From positions 1 to 28,352 of the IMG/VR virus record IMGVR_UViG_3300048852_000130: a stretch of 28,352 nt of DNA, one strand, 5' to 3'. Both the position numbers and the translations under genes were made by a program. This DNA is from a virus. Taxonomy: Duplodnaviria; Caudoviricetes. The notes under the pieces are model-generated. The model had not been told where the DNA came from and did not search any database. It saw only the letters and a program-made list of their open reading frames with translations. Below are positions 9,191-17,878 of the stretch, piece after piece; position 1 is the stretch's first letter; the number at the start of each line of letters is the position of its first letter.

Positions 9191-9682
9191 CTATTCCGCT
9201 TCGCCCCAGCGCTCCGGCGTAGCCGGGTCGAATTCCGCGATCGCCTTCGCGTTCATGCCGTCGATCGCCGCCTCGAGCGCGTTGCTGGCGGTGCGGATCG
9301 CGTCGATGCGGGCGCGGCGATCGAGAGCGGCAGTCGTGTCGATCGTCGAGGCGCCAGCCTGGGCGATCTGCAGCGCCTGCATGGCGATTGCTGCATTGTC
9401 ATTAGCCTGGCGCTCGAGGCTGGCAACCGAGAGGATCCGGCGACGTGCCTCGGCGCGCACTCGTCGCAGCGCCGCCTCGCGCTGCTGCTCGAGCGGGAGC
9501 GCAGGTCGAGGCGCAAGGCGAGGCCGCCCCTTGCTGTCCGCAACGATGCACTTCCCTTCGGCCTGTCCCGCCATAAGCTCCCCGTGCCTGGCCGCGGTGA
9601 TCGGAACGGCATCGTCGGGTAGCTCGGCGTGGATTCCGGAATCGTAGAAGCTGTTGTGAGCAGCGCTGTAGTGCAGCGACAT
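9191..9682 (-). CDS. Tail fibre assembly protein (gpG-like)
   Basis: YSAAHNSFYD..IH..LPDDAV.IT..H.ELM.GQ..GK.I..D..GRP.L; directly after the fibre gene. Confidence 0.8.
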   Translation of the reverse strand: MSLHYSAAHNSFYDSGIHAELPDDAVPITAARHGELMAGQAEGKCIVADSKGRPRLAPRPALPLEQQREAALRRVRAEARRRILSVASLERQANDNAAIAMQALQIAQAGASTIDTTAALDRRARIDAIRTASNALEAAIDGMNAKAIAEFDPATPERWGEAE

Positions 9683-9694
9683 GGGGAGGTCTCC

Positions 9695-11965
9695 TCAAAA
9701 GCCGATGGCGAGGACGTACGGCCAGGAAAAGGCGTTGTCGCTCGGTGAGCCGGTGATCTGGCGCTGGACGGTGACGCCGGTGGCGGTCGGGCTTCCGATC
9801 AGCTGCCAAAAGGCGTCGCCTGCCGTCGTCGCGCTGCTCAAGCGGGTGGTCACCTGGGCGTGCAGGCAGGCGCTGGGAAATGCGATCGGGAAGTTGACGC
9901 TCTGCGTTGATTCATAGCCGCCGTTGGCTCCACCGCCGGCGCACCACTGGATGATGAGACCGCCGGGCAGGCGCTGATAACCGCTGCCGGTGAGATTGTT
10001 GGCGAAGTCGGCGAGCAGCGCGAAGTCGGACGCGTGGCGGCCGTCGAGCAGATCCGCGTCAAGGCCTGAGCCGTGGCCGTCGTTGCCGGCATCCCAGACT
10101 TGATGCCCTGAGCGCGTGATCGCGCCCGTTGCGGAGAGGGCGCCAGCAACTGCGACAGGTCCGCCTGTGAAGGAAAAGCCTGCGCCATTCGACGAAACGA
10201 ACGGAAGCGGTCCATTGTTCGCCACGAAGCCGACGTAGCCCTGGCGGGTGCCGTTCAGATCGCTGAACTCGACATATCCGGTGTTCCCTGCGGTGCCGGG
10301 GACCAAGTTGACCCGGCCGCCCCCAGCAGCGCTCGAGACGACGGTTCCCGCCACCGTCACATTTCCGGTGAAGCTTGCACCGGAGAGCGGGGCATAATTA
10401 GCCGGGTTCAGGTTGCCCACGTGCCAGACCTGATGGCCTCCGGCCGTGAGATTGGGGGCATTGAAGTTGGTCGCGGTCAGCGAGGCGGTGCCAATGCCGC
10501 CGATGAACCAATCCCAGCGGTTCGTACCTTGATCGTACCGCAGCACGTCGCCGTCATCGAAGGCCAGATCCGCCAGCGTGGCCGTTGGTTTTATAAAGCC
10601 GGTAAAGGCGTTGATGAAGAAGCCGCCGCCGGCTGTTACACCGTTTGGAAAAGTTGCGCCCGTCCCTGCGATCGCGCCAGTGAACGTCCCTCCCGAAACA
10701 GGCATATATGCAGCGGGATTGAAGTTGCCTGCGTGCCAGACTTGGTATCCGTTTTGCGTGATCGCGCCGATGACATTGAGCGCGCCGCCGTTCGACAGAA
10801 CGCCGATCTGAGTACCTGCCTGATTGAAGAAATATAGCTGGTCGGACTGGATTTCGAGGGGGGAGAAGGCATTGTCCGCGGCGTTTCCCGCGAACAGCCG
10901 TGGTCCAGCATAAGACAGGCCCGATGCGACGTGGAAACGGCTGCCGTTGCTGACCCTCACGTCGAGCGGTGTGCCAGGCGCAACACCAATGCCCACCGAT
11001 CCGGTAAAGGTCGCCCCCGCCAGCGCAGCATAGCTGGACGGGTTGAAGTTGCCCGAGTGCCAGACGGCATTGGCGCCCACGAGCAGGCCGGTGGACCCGA
11101 CGTAAACCGACGTGCCGCCGCTGGTGAGCTGGATGCGCCCGGGCCGATCATTGACGAAAGCGAAGTCATTACCGGTGCCGGTGTGCTGGATATAGGCGAA
11201 GCGCACCGTCTGCGCGGCGTTGTAGAAGGAATAGAAGGGCGCGGCGTGCGCGACGCGAAACCCTTCCGAATTGGTGCCAACGACCAGCGGGGCGCTCACG
11301 TTGCCCCCAAAAGCGGCGCCGGCGAGCAGCGCGAACTCGCTGCCCTGTCTTCCATCGAGCAGATCTGCGTCGAGGCCAGATCCGGCGCCGTCGTTGCTCG
11401 CGCGCCAGATATCGGCGCCCCAGGTGGCGAAGCGTGCGTTCAAGGCGAAGGAAAGGCTCTTCGGCGTGACAGCACGCTGGGCGTCGGTGCCCGTCGAGGT
11501 CTCTGCGTCGCTCGCCAGCTCGACGACGCCGGCGGTTTCCGTGGTCGCCGGCGGATTGATGAAGTTGGCATCGCCGAAGGTGATCGTCGTCGCATCGATG
11601 TCCGCAAACTGGACGTCGATCGCGAGCAGCAGCAGCGCCTGCGCCGCCTTCTCCGCCACGATATCGGCCTGCCCATAGGCGGCGAACAACGTGCCGTCCT
11701 GCAGGTAGAGAGCGATCGAGCGCACGGTGTAGACCGCGGTCGTTTCGTCGCGGACGGTGACGTGGATCGTGTCTTCAGACGCAGCCGCCCCGGAGATGGT
11801 GTTGATCCGCTTCACTTCGCCGGGCAGCGCCGCGGTGGCGGGCGAAGCGGCGATCGCGGTGGGCGACACGCCCACCGAGGCGATGCGGACCGCGTTGGTG
11901 CCGTCGTTGGACGCCGCGACCAGGGCCGCGCGGCCCGCGTTGGTGATGACCAGCTCGAGTGCCAT
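9695..11965 (-). CDS. gpH: Tail fibre protein (gpH-like), modular
   Basis: N-terminal ITNAGRAAL..PPATTETAGVVELA..RAVTP; GLDADLLDG x2; VWHxGNxNP x3; C-terminal GYQRLPGGLIIQW..FPIAFP domain. Start ATG at 11965. Confidence 0.88.
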   Translation of the reverse strand: MALELVITNAGRAALVAASNDGTNAVRIASVGVSPTAIAASPATAALPGEVKRINTISGAAASEDTIHVTVRDETTAVYTVRSIALYLQDGTLFAAYGQADIVAEKAAQALLLLAIDVQFADIDATTITFGDANFINPPATTETAGVVELASDAETSTGTDAQRAVTPKSLSFALNARFATWGADIWRASNDGAGSGLDADLLDGRQGSEFALLAGAAFGGNVSAPLVVGTNSEGFRVAHAAPFYSFYNAAQTVRFAYIQHTGTGNDFAFVNDRPGRIQLTSGGTSVYVGSTGLLVGANAVWHSGNFNPSSYAALAGATFTGSVGIGVAPGTPLDVRVSNGSRFHVASGLSYAGPRLFAGNAADNAFSPLEIQSDQLYFFNQAGTQIGVLSNGGALNVIGAITQNGYQVWHAGNFNPAAYMPVSGGTFTGAIAGTGATFPNGVTAGGGFFINAFTGFIKPTATLADLAFDDGDVLRYDQGTNRWDWFIGGIGTASLTATNFNAPNLTAGGHQVWHVGNLNPANYAPLSGASFTGNVTVAGTVVSSAAGGGRVNLVPGTAGNTGYVEFSDLNGTRQGYVGFVANNGPLPFVSSNGAGFSFTGGPVAVAGALSATGAITRSGHQVWDAGNDGHGSGLDADLLDGRHASDFALLADFANNLTGSGYQRLPGGLIIQWCAGGGANGGYESTQSVNFPIAFPSACLHAQVTTRLSSATTAGDAFWQLIGSPTATGVTVQRQITGSPSDNAFSWPYVLAIGF

Positions 11966-11976
11966 TTCGGTCTCCG

Positions 11977-12525
11977 TTAGGCGGCAGGCGCCTGCACCTG
12001 CAGGCGGCGGAAGGTGGTGGGGCGAGCGGCAGCGATGACGCCGACCTGGCCGGACAGGCTCACGCCCTGGGTGAAGATGAAGTGCGACCGCACCGGCTTG
12101 GTGCGGCGGACTTCGTTGATCACGGCATCCGCGAAAGCGGCGCTGGCGGGCGTGCCGCCGGCGCCGGTGAGGGTGACAATCAGCTCGAAAGTGTAGGGTT
12201 CGCCGGGCGGCGTCATCTGCCACCATTCGCGGATCGCCACACCGCCGCCGAAGCTCTCGACCACTGCACGCACCGATTCGGCGGTGCCCTTGCTCCGAGC
12301 GATCTCCATCGCGCGACGGACGCGGTTCCGCTTAACCTGATCGGGCCAGTCGCTCGACCAGCTATCGAGCGAGAGCGCCCAGGCGAGATAGGGGAGGAGG
12401 TCGATCGGGCAGGTGTCCGGGTTCACGAGCTGGCGCAGTGGAACCGGCAGCTCTGTCATGCGCGCGGTGGCCTGCTCGATCGCACGCTCGAGTGCGCTGG
12501 CGTTTGGAGGGAGAAGGCTGCCCAC
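11977..12525 (-). CDS. gpI: Baseplate/tail protein gpI
   Basis: SLLPPNASALERA..NPDTCP..LLPYLAWALSLD.W..KGT..EWWQ..KPVRSH; GTG start overlaps the J stop (TAGTG). Confidence 0.92.
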   Translation of the reverse strand: MGSLLPPNASALERAIEQATARMTELPVPLRQLVNPDTCPIDLLPYLAWALSLDSWSSDWPDQVKRNRVRRAMEIARSKGTAESVRAVVESFGGGVAIREWWQMTPPGEPYTFELIVTLTGAGGTPASAAFADAVINEVRRTKPVRSHFIFTQGVSLSGQVGVIAAARPTTFRRLQVQAPAA

Positions 12526-13436
12526 TATTCGCCGACGCCCGCATGCGTCACGTCGACCAGCGTGCACCAGCTCGCGTGTTCGCGGTCGATTACGATGTCC
12601 GCCGCAGGGGAGGTTAGCACGACGTTCTGCACGCCCTCGCAATGGAGCGCGGCAAAGAGACCCGAGCGTGTCACGTCGAGGCCCAGGCGGTGCTGCCGAT
12701 CCTTATACTCGCTGGCGCGCTTGATCGCCTCCGCGAGCACGATCGAGCCATCCGGGCCGGAGAAGGTCGTGATGGTGGCGACGATCTGATACGGAACGAT
12801 GGTAGCGGACTGAACCGTCACGGCATCGGTGAGCGGGCGGCGGGTTTCGTCCGACACATGCGCCTCGACCAGCTCGAGCAGCTCGGGCGCCGCGGTGCCG
12901 TCTCCTACGCGGGAAAGCACCGTCACGAGCACTTGGCCGGGTGCCGGGCTGATCGCGCTGGCGTCCAGCACGTCGCCCGATGCCGATCGTGCATGGAAGA
13001 TATAGGCGCCCTCTGGACCAGCCACCGAGTAGCCCTCAGCGGCGATCACGAAACGGCTGCGCAGATCCGCGTCGCTCTCATAGGTGGGCGGAACGCCATT
13101 TGCCGGATCGCCTTCGTCGAGCAGCAGGCGCTGCACGTTCATCAGCGCAGCCAGGTTGTCGAGATCCGTGCCGGTCGCGAATGCGGGCATCACCGCACGC
13201 GCCGCGTCGTTGATGCGGCCGCGCAGCAGCACCTCGCGATAGGCAGAGACCTGAAGGATCTTCATCGCCGGATCGGATTCGAGGATCGCGTCGAAATCCG
13301 GCACCAGCGTTTGAAGGCTGGCGAGCATCTCGCCCAGGATCTGCTCGAAGCTGAGCTGCTCGATCACCGCCGGCGGCGGCAGTCGGGACAGATCGACGGC
13401 GGTGAAGGTGGCGGAAGTGTCCGGCATGGCCGCCAT
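12525..13436 (-). CDS. gpJ: Baseplate assembly protein gpJ
   Basis: VDLSRLPPP.VIE.L.FE..LESDP..AYRE..RINDAARAVM..SVAGP.GAY.FHARSA..RPLTD.V. Start may be 13427. Confidence 0.93.
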   Translation of the reverse strand: MAAMPDTSATFTAVDLSRLPPPAVIEQLSFEQILGEMLASLQTLVPDFDAILESDPAMKILQVSAYREVLLRGRINDAARAVMPAFATGTDLDNLAALMNVQRLLLDEGDPANGVPPTYESDADLRSRFVIAAEGYSVAGPEGAYIFHARSASGDVLDASAISPAPGQVLVTVLSRVGDGTAAPELLELVEAHVSDETRRPLTDAVTVQSATIVPYQIVATITTFSGPDGSIVLAEAIKRASEYKDRQHRLGLDVTRSGLFAALHCEGVQNVVLTSPAADIVIDREHASWCTLVDVTHAGVGE

Positions 13437-13472
13437 GTCGCGGCGGCCCGCCTCAAGGTGCTATAGAGCGGC

Positions 13473-13495
13473 CTTGTAGAGTGGGACTCTACAAG
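13473..13495. promoter_or_regulatory. Late-promoter activator palindrome upstream of J
   Basis: CTTGTAGA-GTGGGAC-TCTACAAG. Confidence 0.75.
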
Positions 13496-13570
13496 GGAGG
13501 TCGGCGGCTACGGGCCAAGAGCGGGCGCAATCATCCGAGGGTGGTATGGCAAGCCGGCAGCTTCCGGGGG

Positions 13571-13739
13571 TATTCTGTTGAAAAACTCCTCTGAGCCCTC
13601 GTTCCGGCTTCAGTATAGACACATTGATGCCGATTAGTGGTTATTAGAACACTATTCGTGCTTACGCGGGTGCTCCCACGCATGGATATTGCTGCTGCTG
13701 GAGCGCTTTGGATCCCATCCAGAGTTTTTCAACACAATA
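13571..13739. mobile_element. MITE-like 169-bp element with 18-bp terminal inverted repeats
   Basis: TATTCTGTTGAAAAACTC (13571-13588) vs GAGTTTTTCAACACAATA (13722-13739), 17/18 complementary. AT-richer non-coding interior, G-runs on both flanks. Confidence 0.6.
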
Positions 13740-13828
13740 GGGCGGCAATCCGACAATCACGGTAGTTCTGTCATGTGTATGCGCTTAAAAGTGCGAAGCA
13801 CTTATGACGCATTTCGCTGCAAACCTGA

Positions 13829-14902
13829 TTACCTCGCAGTAATCTCTTCCGGCGGAGTGACATTGGTAAAAATGTCAAAGTAAACTTCACGGATCACAAG
13901 CGACAATGTAGTACAGAGTTGGTTCCAACAGACTTCAGAATGTTCCGCGGTGTGGTGAATCGGCCGATAGTGGACCAAATTGTTCCTTAGCTTGTAAATC
14001 CGCTTTGCCGAGGTCATAGCAACGGTGTTGGTGTCTGGCCTAGACTCCCCGAGGCAATCAAAAATCTGCTTCAAGGTTTCTGTCTCGCATCTTGCAAATA
14101 GCGCCGCGAGGCTATCTTCCTCTCGCGGGCGCCATCCGATTTCTCGTTCCAATGCGACGGCCACTTCCTGCCATGACCCTGAGAAGCCAAAGGCAGCGGC
14201 AACCCTCATTGATGCCGTGTAGGCGTAAAGGGCTTCAAGGCATCGATAGAGCGCCAAGAATAGCCCTCCCGGATCGGCGTCGAAGAGTGACCTGCACAAT
14301 ATTTGATATGGCAACCCGAGCGCCGACAGATCCGTCAGAGTTGCCATCGCGGCTGCAGTTGGTTTTTCAATCCATGTGTCCATCCCAAGGATTTCCCCAA
14401 GACAGATTTCGTAGTACGCGCGCCATGTCTCGGAGGGCTCGATTAGTTCGCCCTGGAACACAACGATGGGTCCGAACAGATCAGCGATAGCTGTACTTTC
14501 GTGTCCCTCGTAGGATTCGTCTTGAGTCGCGTCGGCGTGCTCGACTGCATCTTTGACCTGGAAGGGAGTAGCTTTTGGCCGCGGCGTTGCTTCGGCCAGA
14601 AGCACCGATACCAATCCGGGCGTGACCTCTCCCCGATCCAGGCCAGCCGGCGGCGTCGCGTCCAAGAATCCGAGCGCGGAAAAGAACGTTTTCCCCCCAT
14701 AGTCCAGTCGCGCCATCATCCGCCGTGGCGTCACGCGGAACAAGTCCGATACCTGAGCACCCGCAAGAAAGGCGCTGTCTGCTTTTGTGCCCCGAATCCA
14801 GCGGGGGGCCCCAGCATTAGTCACTGGCTCTCCAGCGGCAGCGCAGAATGCATCGAGCGAGCCAAATATCGCTTGCTGGGCGCTCTTCATCGTCCGTGAC
14901 AT
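13829..14902 (-). CDS. HEPN-domain protein (putative RNase effector), moron gene B
   Basis: 357 aa; C-terminal FLALYRCLEALY helix and IYKLRNNLVH (RxxxxH at 13970-13987). Start overlaps the stop of gene A (TAATG). Confidence 0.7.
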   Translation of the reverse strand: MSRTMKSAQQAIFGSLDAFCAAAGEPVTNAGAPRWIRGTKADSAFLAGAQVSDLFRVTPRRMMARLDYGGKTFFSALGFLDATPPAGLDRGEVTPGLVSVLLAEATPRPKATPFQVKDAVEHADATQDESYEGHESTAIADLFGPIVVFQGELIEPSETWRAYYEICLGEILGMDTWIEKPTAAAMATLTDLSALGLPYQILCRSLFDADPGGLFLALYRCLEALYAYTASMRVAAAFGFSGSWQEVAVALEREIGWRPREEDSLAALFARCETETLKQIFDCLGESRPDTNTVAMTSAKRIYKLRNNLVHYRPIHHTAEHSEVCWNQLCTTLSLVIREVYFDIFTNVTPPEEITAR

Positions 14903-16068
14903 TAGTGTGCCCGCCAGCAGGGCTCCATGTTTGCTACTTCGAAACCCTCGTCGATGAGGACTTTGAATGCTTCGAAGAACACGCTCCGCTCGAAGCGTCC
15001 GACTTGGCCAGAGCGGACATCCAGCCGCTCCCTCAGCACGCCCAGTGCAAGGAAGTCAGCGACGCTTTCGGAGGTGGACGCGTTCAACCGATCGACAAGG
15101 CTGTTCGCTTGCTTCGCAATTCTCGCGACCCTTTCGGCCGCTTGTTCTTCGGCACGATCCATCCCAGGGCGCCCAAGGGCGTACTGGGCGACAGCGGTGA
15201 CAAAGCCGATGCGCGCAGGTTGACTGTCAAAGACATTCTTGCCCCTGACGTAACGCTCAGTGGATCCGACGTTCGGGTCAAATCGAGAAAATGCTTTGTC
15301 GAGGCCCACCATCATGCTCAGGCAGGTGTAGAACTGGGCTTGGAAGTCGCGCCTCGACAGGTTCTCTACGAAATCAAGACGGGAGAATTCCTCTGAGAGC
15401 GCTTCCTTCGTATCAACGGTGGTCTTCCGTAACGAAAACGCAAGATAAAGTTCGACTAAAGAATCGCTCGCATACTGTGCGGGACCCACGCGGCGACCAG
15501 GCTTGTCAGGACCAAATACGCGGTCCAACTCAGGGACGTTTTCGCGAATTTCTTCAATGAGCGGCGCATAGACAACCGCGAGCTGGCGGGACAGGCTCCA
15601 AGGGACCTGTCCTGTGTTTAACACCAGCATCCGATATACCATCGCCCGAACCGATTTGGTGAGCCAAAACTCAACTCGCAGACTCCGGTCTAAAACGGCT
15701 TCATGTCCGTCCATCGCTTCCATCATGGCGGTCGTCCGCTGCATACCGTCGATAATCGCGAGCGATTGAACTGCTTCCGGTGGAATGAGGTCGCGGAGCG
15801 TAAGCTCCCCGCTCAATGGGAAAGTGCTAAAGCGTTCAGCGTCGACAACGGCCCCGATGACAACGGGCGGCAGAATAGCACCATTGCGAATATCGCTCAC
15901 CATGCGATCGCGGATGCGTTTAGCCGTCGTCGTTTTCAAAGCCTCTCGCTGCCCCTCGATCCCGCCGCGGTTGCGATACGCCTCTCGAACGAGTTCGATA
16001 TAATCTCGCACGCGAACGTCGGTCATGACCGACCAGCATTCCGTACGATCATCTTTCAGCCAGTTCAC
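14902..16068 (-). CDS. ParB/Srx-fold DUF262/DGQHR-like protein, moron gene A
   Basis: Ordered motifs GQR..LPPVVIG..IIDGMQRTTA (15736-15750)..RMLVLNTGQ match the QR / DGQQR / FxxxN motifs of DUF262-DndB. GTG start at 16068 is inferred; the ORF is open to 16137. Confidence 0.72.
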   Translation of the reverse strand: MNWLKDDRTECWSVMTDVRVRDYIELVREAYRNRGGIEGQREALKTTTAKRIRDRMVSDIRNGAILPPVVIGAVVDAERFSTFPLSGELTLRDLIPPEAVQSLAIIDGMQRTTAMMEAMDGHEAVLDRSLRVEFWLTKSVRAMVYRMLVLNTGQVPWSLSRQLAVVYAPLIEEIRENVPELDRVFGPDKPGRRVGPAQYASDSLVELYLAFSLRKTTVDTKEALSEEFSRLDFVENLSRRDFQAQFYTCLSMMVGLDKAFSRFDPNVGSTERYVRGKNVFDSQPARIGFVTAVAQYALGRPGMDRAEEQAAERVARIAKQANSLVDRLNASTSESVADFLALGVLRERLDVRSGQVGRFERSVFFEAFKVLIDEGFEVANMEPCWRAH

Positions 16069-16386
16069 GCGGGTTCCGATCGTTTCTCTCTCGGTATGTG
16101 TATTGCATTTCCGACCGGGGTACGGAAGCGACCACATAGGTTTGCATGAACCTTCTTCCCGGTGGCGTGGAAATGCTCGACAGCCTTAAGGGGCTAGAGG
16201 TGAACAATTTGAGTATGCCGGCTAACCGCTCCCAGTCGAATTGGTAAGCCCCTGAGCCCAGGGCGGACAGGCGGCAATCGGCTCAGACTAAGCCGAAGCT
16301 CGGGATGACCGGATTCTGAGAATCGGCGAACTGAAGCTGACAATCCGAATGTGGGATTGCAGACATCTGGCTGTCTGTATGCCCAC

Positions 16387-17049
16387 CTAGGAGAGAGTCA
16401 GATGGGTCAAAAGCAAACTAATCATTCGAGCGCTTTGCGACTGCGTTACGCCAAGTAGCTCGCGCCGCGCGTATCGCACGGGGAGAGCGGCGAGACCGGG
16501 CCGATCGATTCTGCCCTCCTGGTGAACCGTCGCGATCTGAGATGCGCGCCCGCTGAAGCCGATCCATGCTTCGCGATCGTTCGCGCCAGCCTGCAGGTTG
16601 CGCCGATTGCGCAGCTTGCGGAACATGGCAGCATTGCGGATCCTGCCCTTGCGCCGGAACTTGCCCGCGCCCTTGTTTTGCTCCTCGGGCTCGACGGGCA
16701 GCCAGCGATCGACCTTGTCCCAGAAGAAGCTGCGGATCCCACCCGCCTCGACATCGTAACCGGTAAGCAGATTGCCCTCGTGCACCCAGCTCTTCATGAG
16801 CACCAGGCGCGCGTTGGCTGCTCCCTTGGGATAGAAAAACTTCACCGCATAGTTGCCGGGGCGCGGGGGCTTGCGCTGCTTTCGCGGCACATAGGCGCTG
16901 CCATCGGGATTCCGCTGGCTACCGATCCGCGCCGACTGTGAGGCCTGAAGATCGCGAGCGACGGCGCGCAGGATTCGGCGGCGCTCGCCAGAGCCCAGCT
17001 TGCGCAGCAGCGCGCCGGCGAAAGCCTCGATCTGGGTGAGGTCGCTCAC
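16387..17049 (-). CDS. gpS: Tail completion / virion morphogenesis gpS with an internal insertion
   Basis: SQSARI..QRNPDGSAYVPRK ... KGRIR..MFRKLR..IA.VHQEG..VRYARRELLG; about 70 extra residues in the middle. Confidence 0.88.
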   Translation of the reverse strand: MSDLTQIEAFAGALLRKLGSGERRRILRAVARDLQASQSARIGSQRNPDGSAYVPRKQRKPPRPGNYAVKFFYPKGAANARLVLMKSWVHEGNLLTGYDVEAGGIRSFFWDKVDRWLPVEPEEQNKGAGKFRRKGRIRNAAMFRKLRNRRNLQAGANDREAWIGFSGRASQIATVHQEGRIDRPGLAALPVRYARRELLGVTQSQSARMISLLLTHLTLS

Positions 17050-17558
17050 GGGGCGGGTGCGGGTTCGAAGTCGGGATCGCTGGATTGGGCCACCAGCTGA
17101 TCGCGCAGGAAGAGCTGCCAGAGCGGAACGCAGCAGACGTCGGGAAATTCGTCGGCGGGCGGACGATCGTCGACGCGCTCGGCGGTGAAGCCGCCGCCTT
17201 CCTTCGGCTTGACGATCACGCCCTCGGTCAGCTCGATATAGATCGACACGTCGGCGGCATCGCCGTCGAGGATTTCGGACTCGAAGCGGAAGGGCTCGGT
17301 GCCGCCGGCAACCGCGCGCTCGAGCAGATCTGGCTGCGCCTCGGCGATCCAGGCGAGCACGGGGACCATCAGCGCGTCCACTTCGCCGGCATAGTCCTGG
17401 ACAACCACGTTGAGCGTGTAGCGATATTCGAAGCCGAGGCTTCCCGCGCGTGCGGCGATGCCGCCACGATCGATGAAGATGCTGAGCTTGTCCGCATCGC
17501 GGCCGAGCTCGGGCACATGCGCGAGCAGGACGCGGCGGAGTTCGTCGGGCTTCTTCAC
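17046..17558 (-). CDS. gpR: Tail completion gpR
   Basis: MKKPDELR..L..DKLSIFID.G..FEYRYTLN..DY..MVPVLAW..QPDLL..LTE.V. Confidence 0.9.
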   Translation of the reverse strand: MKKPDELRRVLLAHVPELGRDADKLSIFIDRGGIAARAGSLGFEYRYTLNVVVQDYAGEVDALMVPVLAWIAEAQPDLLERAVAGGTEPFRFESEILDGDAADVSIYIELTEGVIVKPKEGGGFTAERVDDRPPADEFPDVCCVPLWQLFLRDQLVAQSSDPDFEPAPAP

Positions 17559-17878
17559 GGGCGCGGGGCTCCTGCGGGGCAGGTGCCCGGAGCGATCCAG
17601 TTGATCAGCCGCTCGGTCCGGTTGAAGAGATCGCGATAGCCGATCGCGAGCCCCGCGAGCGGCCCGCGTACCGCTGCCGGCATCGTGGCCTGCGCGTCCG
17701 TGGGAAAGGGCTCAGCAGCCTCGGGGCAGGTGAGCAGGTCCGCGGGCGGCGCGTCCCTCACCGGGACGGCGATCACCTCGGGCGCGCCGCGCTCAACGGC
17801 TGCCACGCAGCCCTGCAAGCTCATTGAGACGAGCGAACCAGTCGCTGCCAACGCGATCGTCATCGCCAACCTGCGCAT
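17555..17878 (-). CDS. Outer-membrane lipoprotein spanin (Rz1-like)
   Basis: Signal peptide with lipobox LQG-C, Pro-rich PPADLLTCP; overlaps the end of the i-spanin. Confidence 0.7.
   Translation of the reverse strand: MRRLAMTIALAATGSLVSMSLQGCVAAVERGAPEVIAVPVRDAPPADLLTCPEAAEPFPTDAQATMPAAVRGPLAGLAIGYRDLFNRTERLINWIAPGTCPAGAPRP

Noticed and set aside
9695-11965. DGR or invertase-driven tail-fibre switching
   Set aside because: No reverse transcriptase, no TR/VR pair differing at adenines, and no invertase or inverted fibre copy seen; the repeats are protein-level and diverged.
14902-16068. Gene A as dndB of a phosphorothioation system or GmrS of GmrSD
   Set aside because: No dndCDE/ssp genes and no HNH/DUF1524 partner in the window; its coupled partner is HEPN-like.
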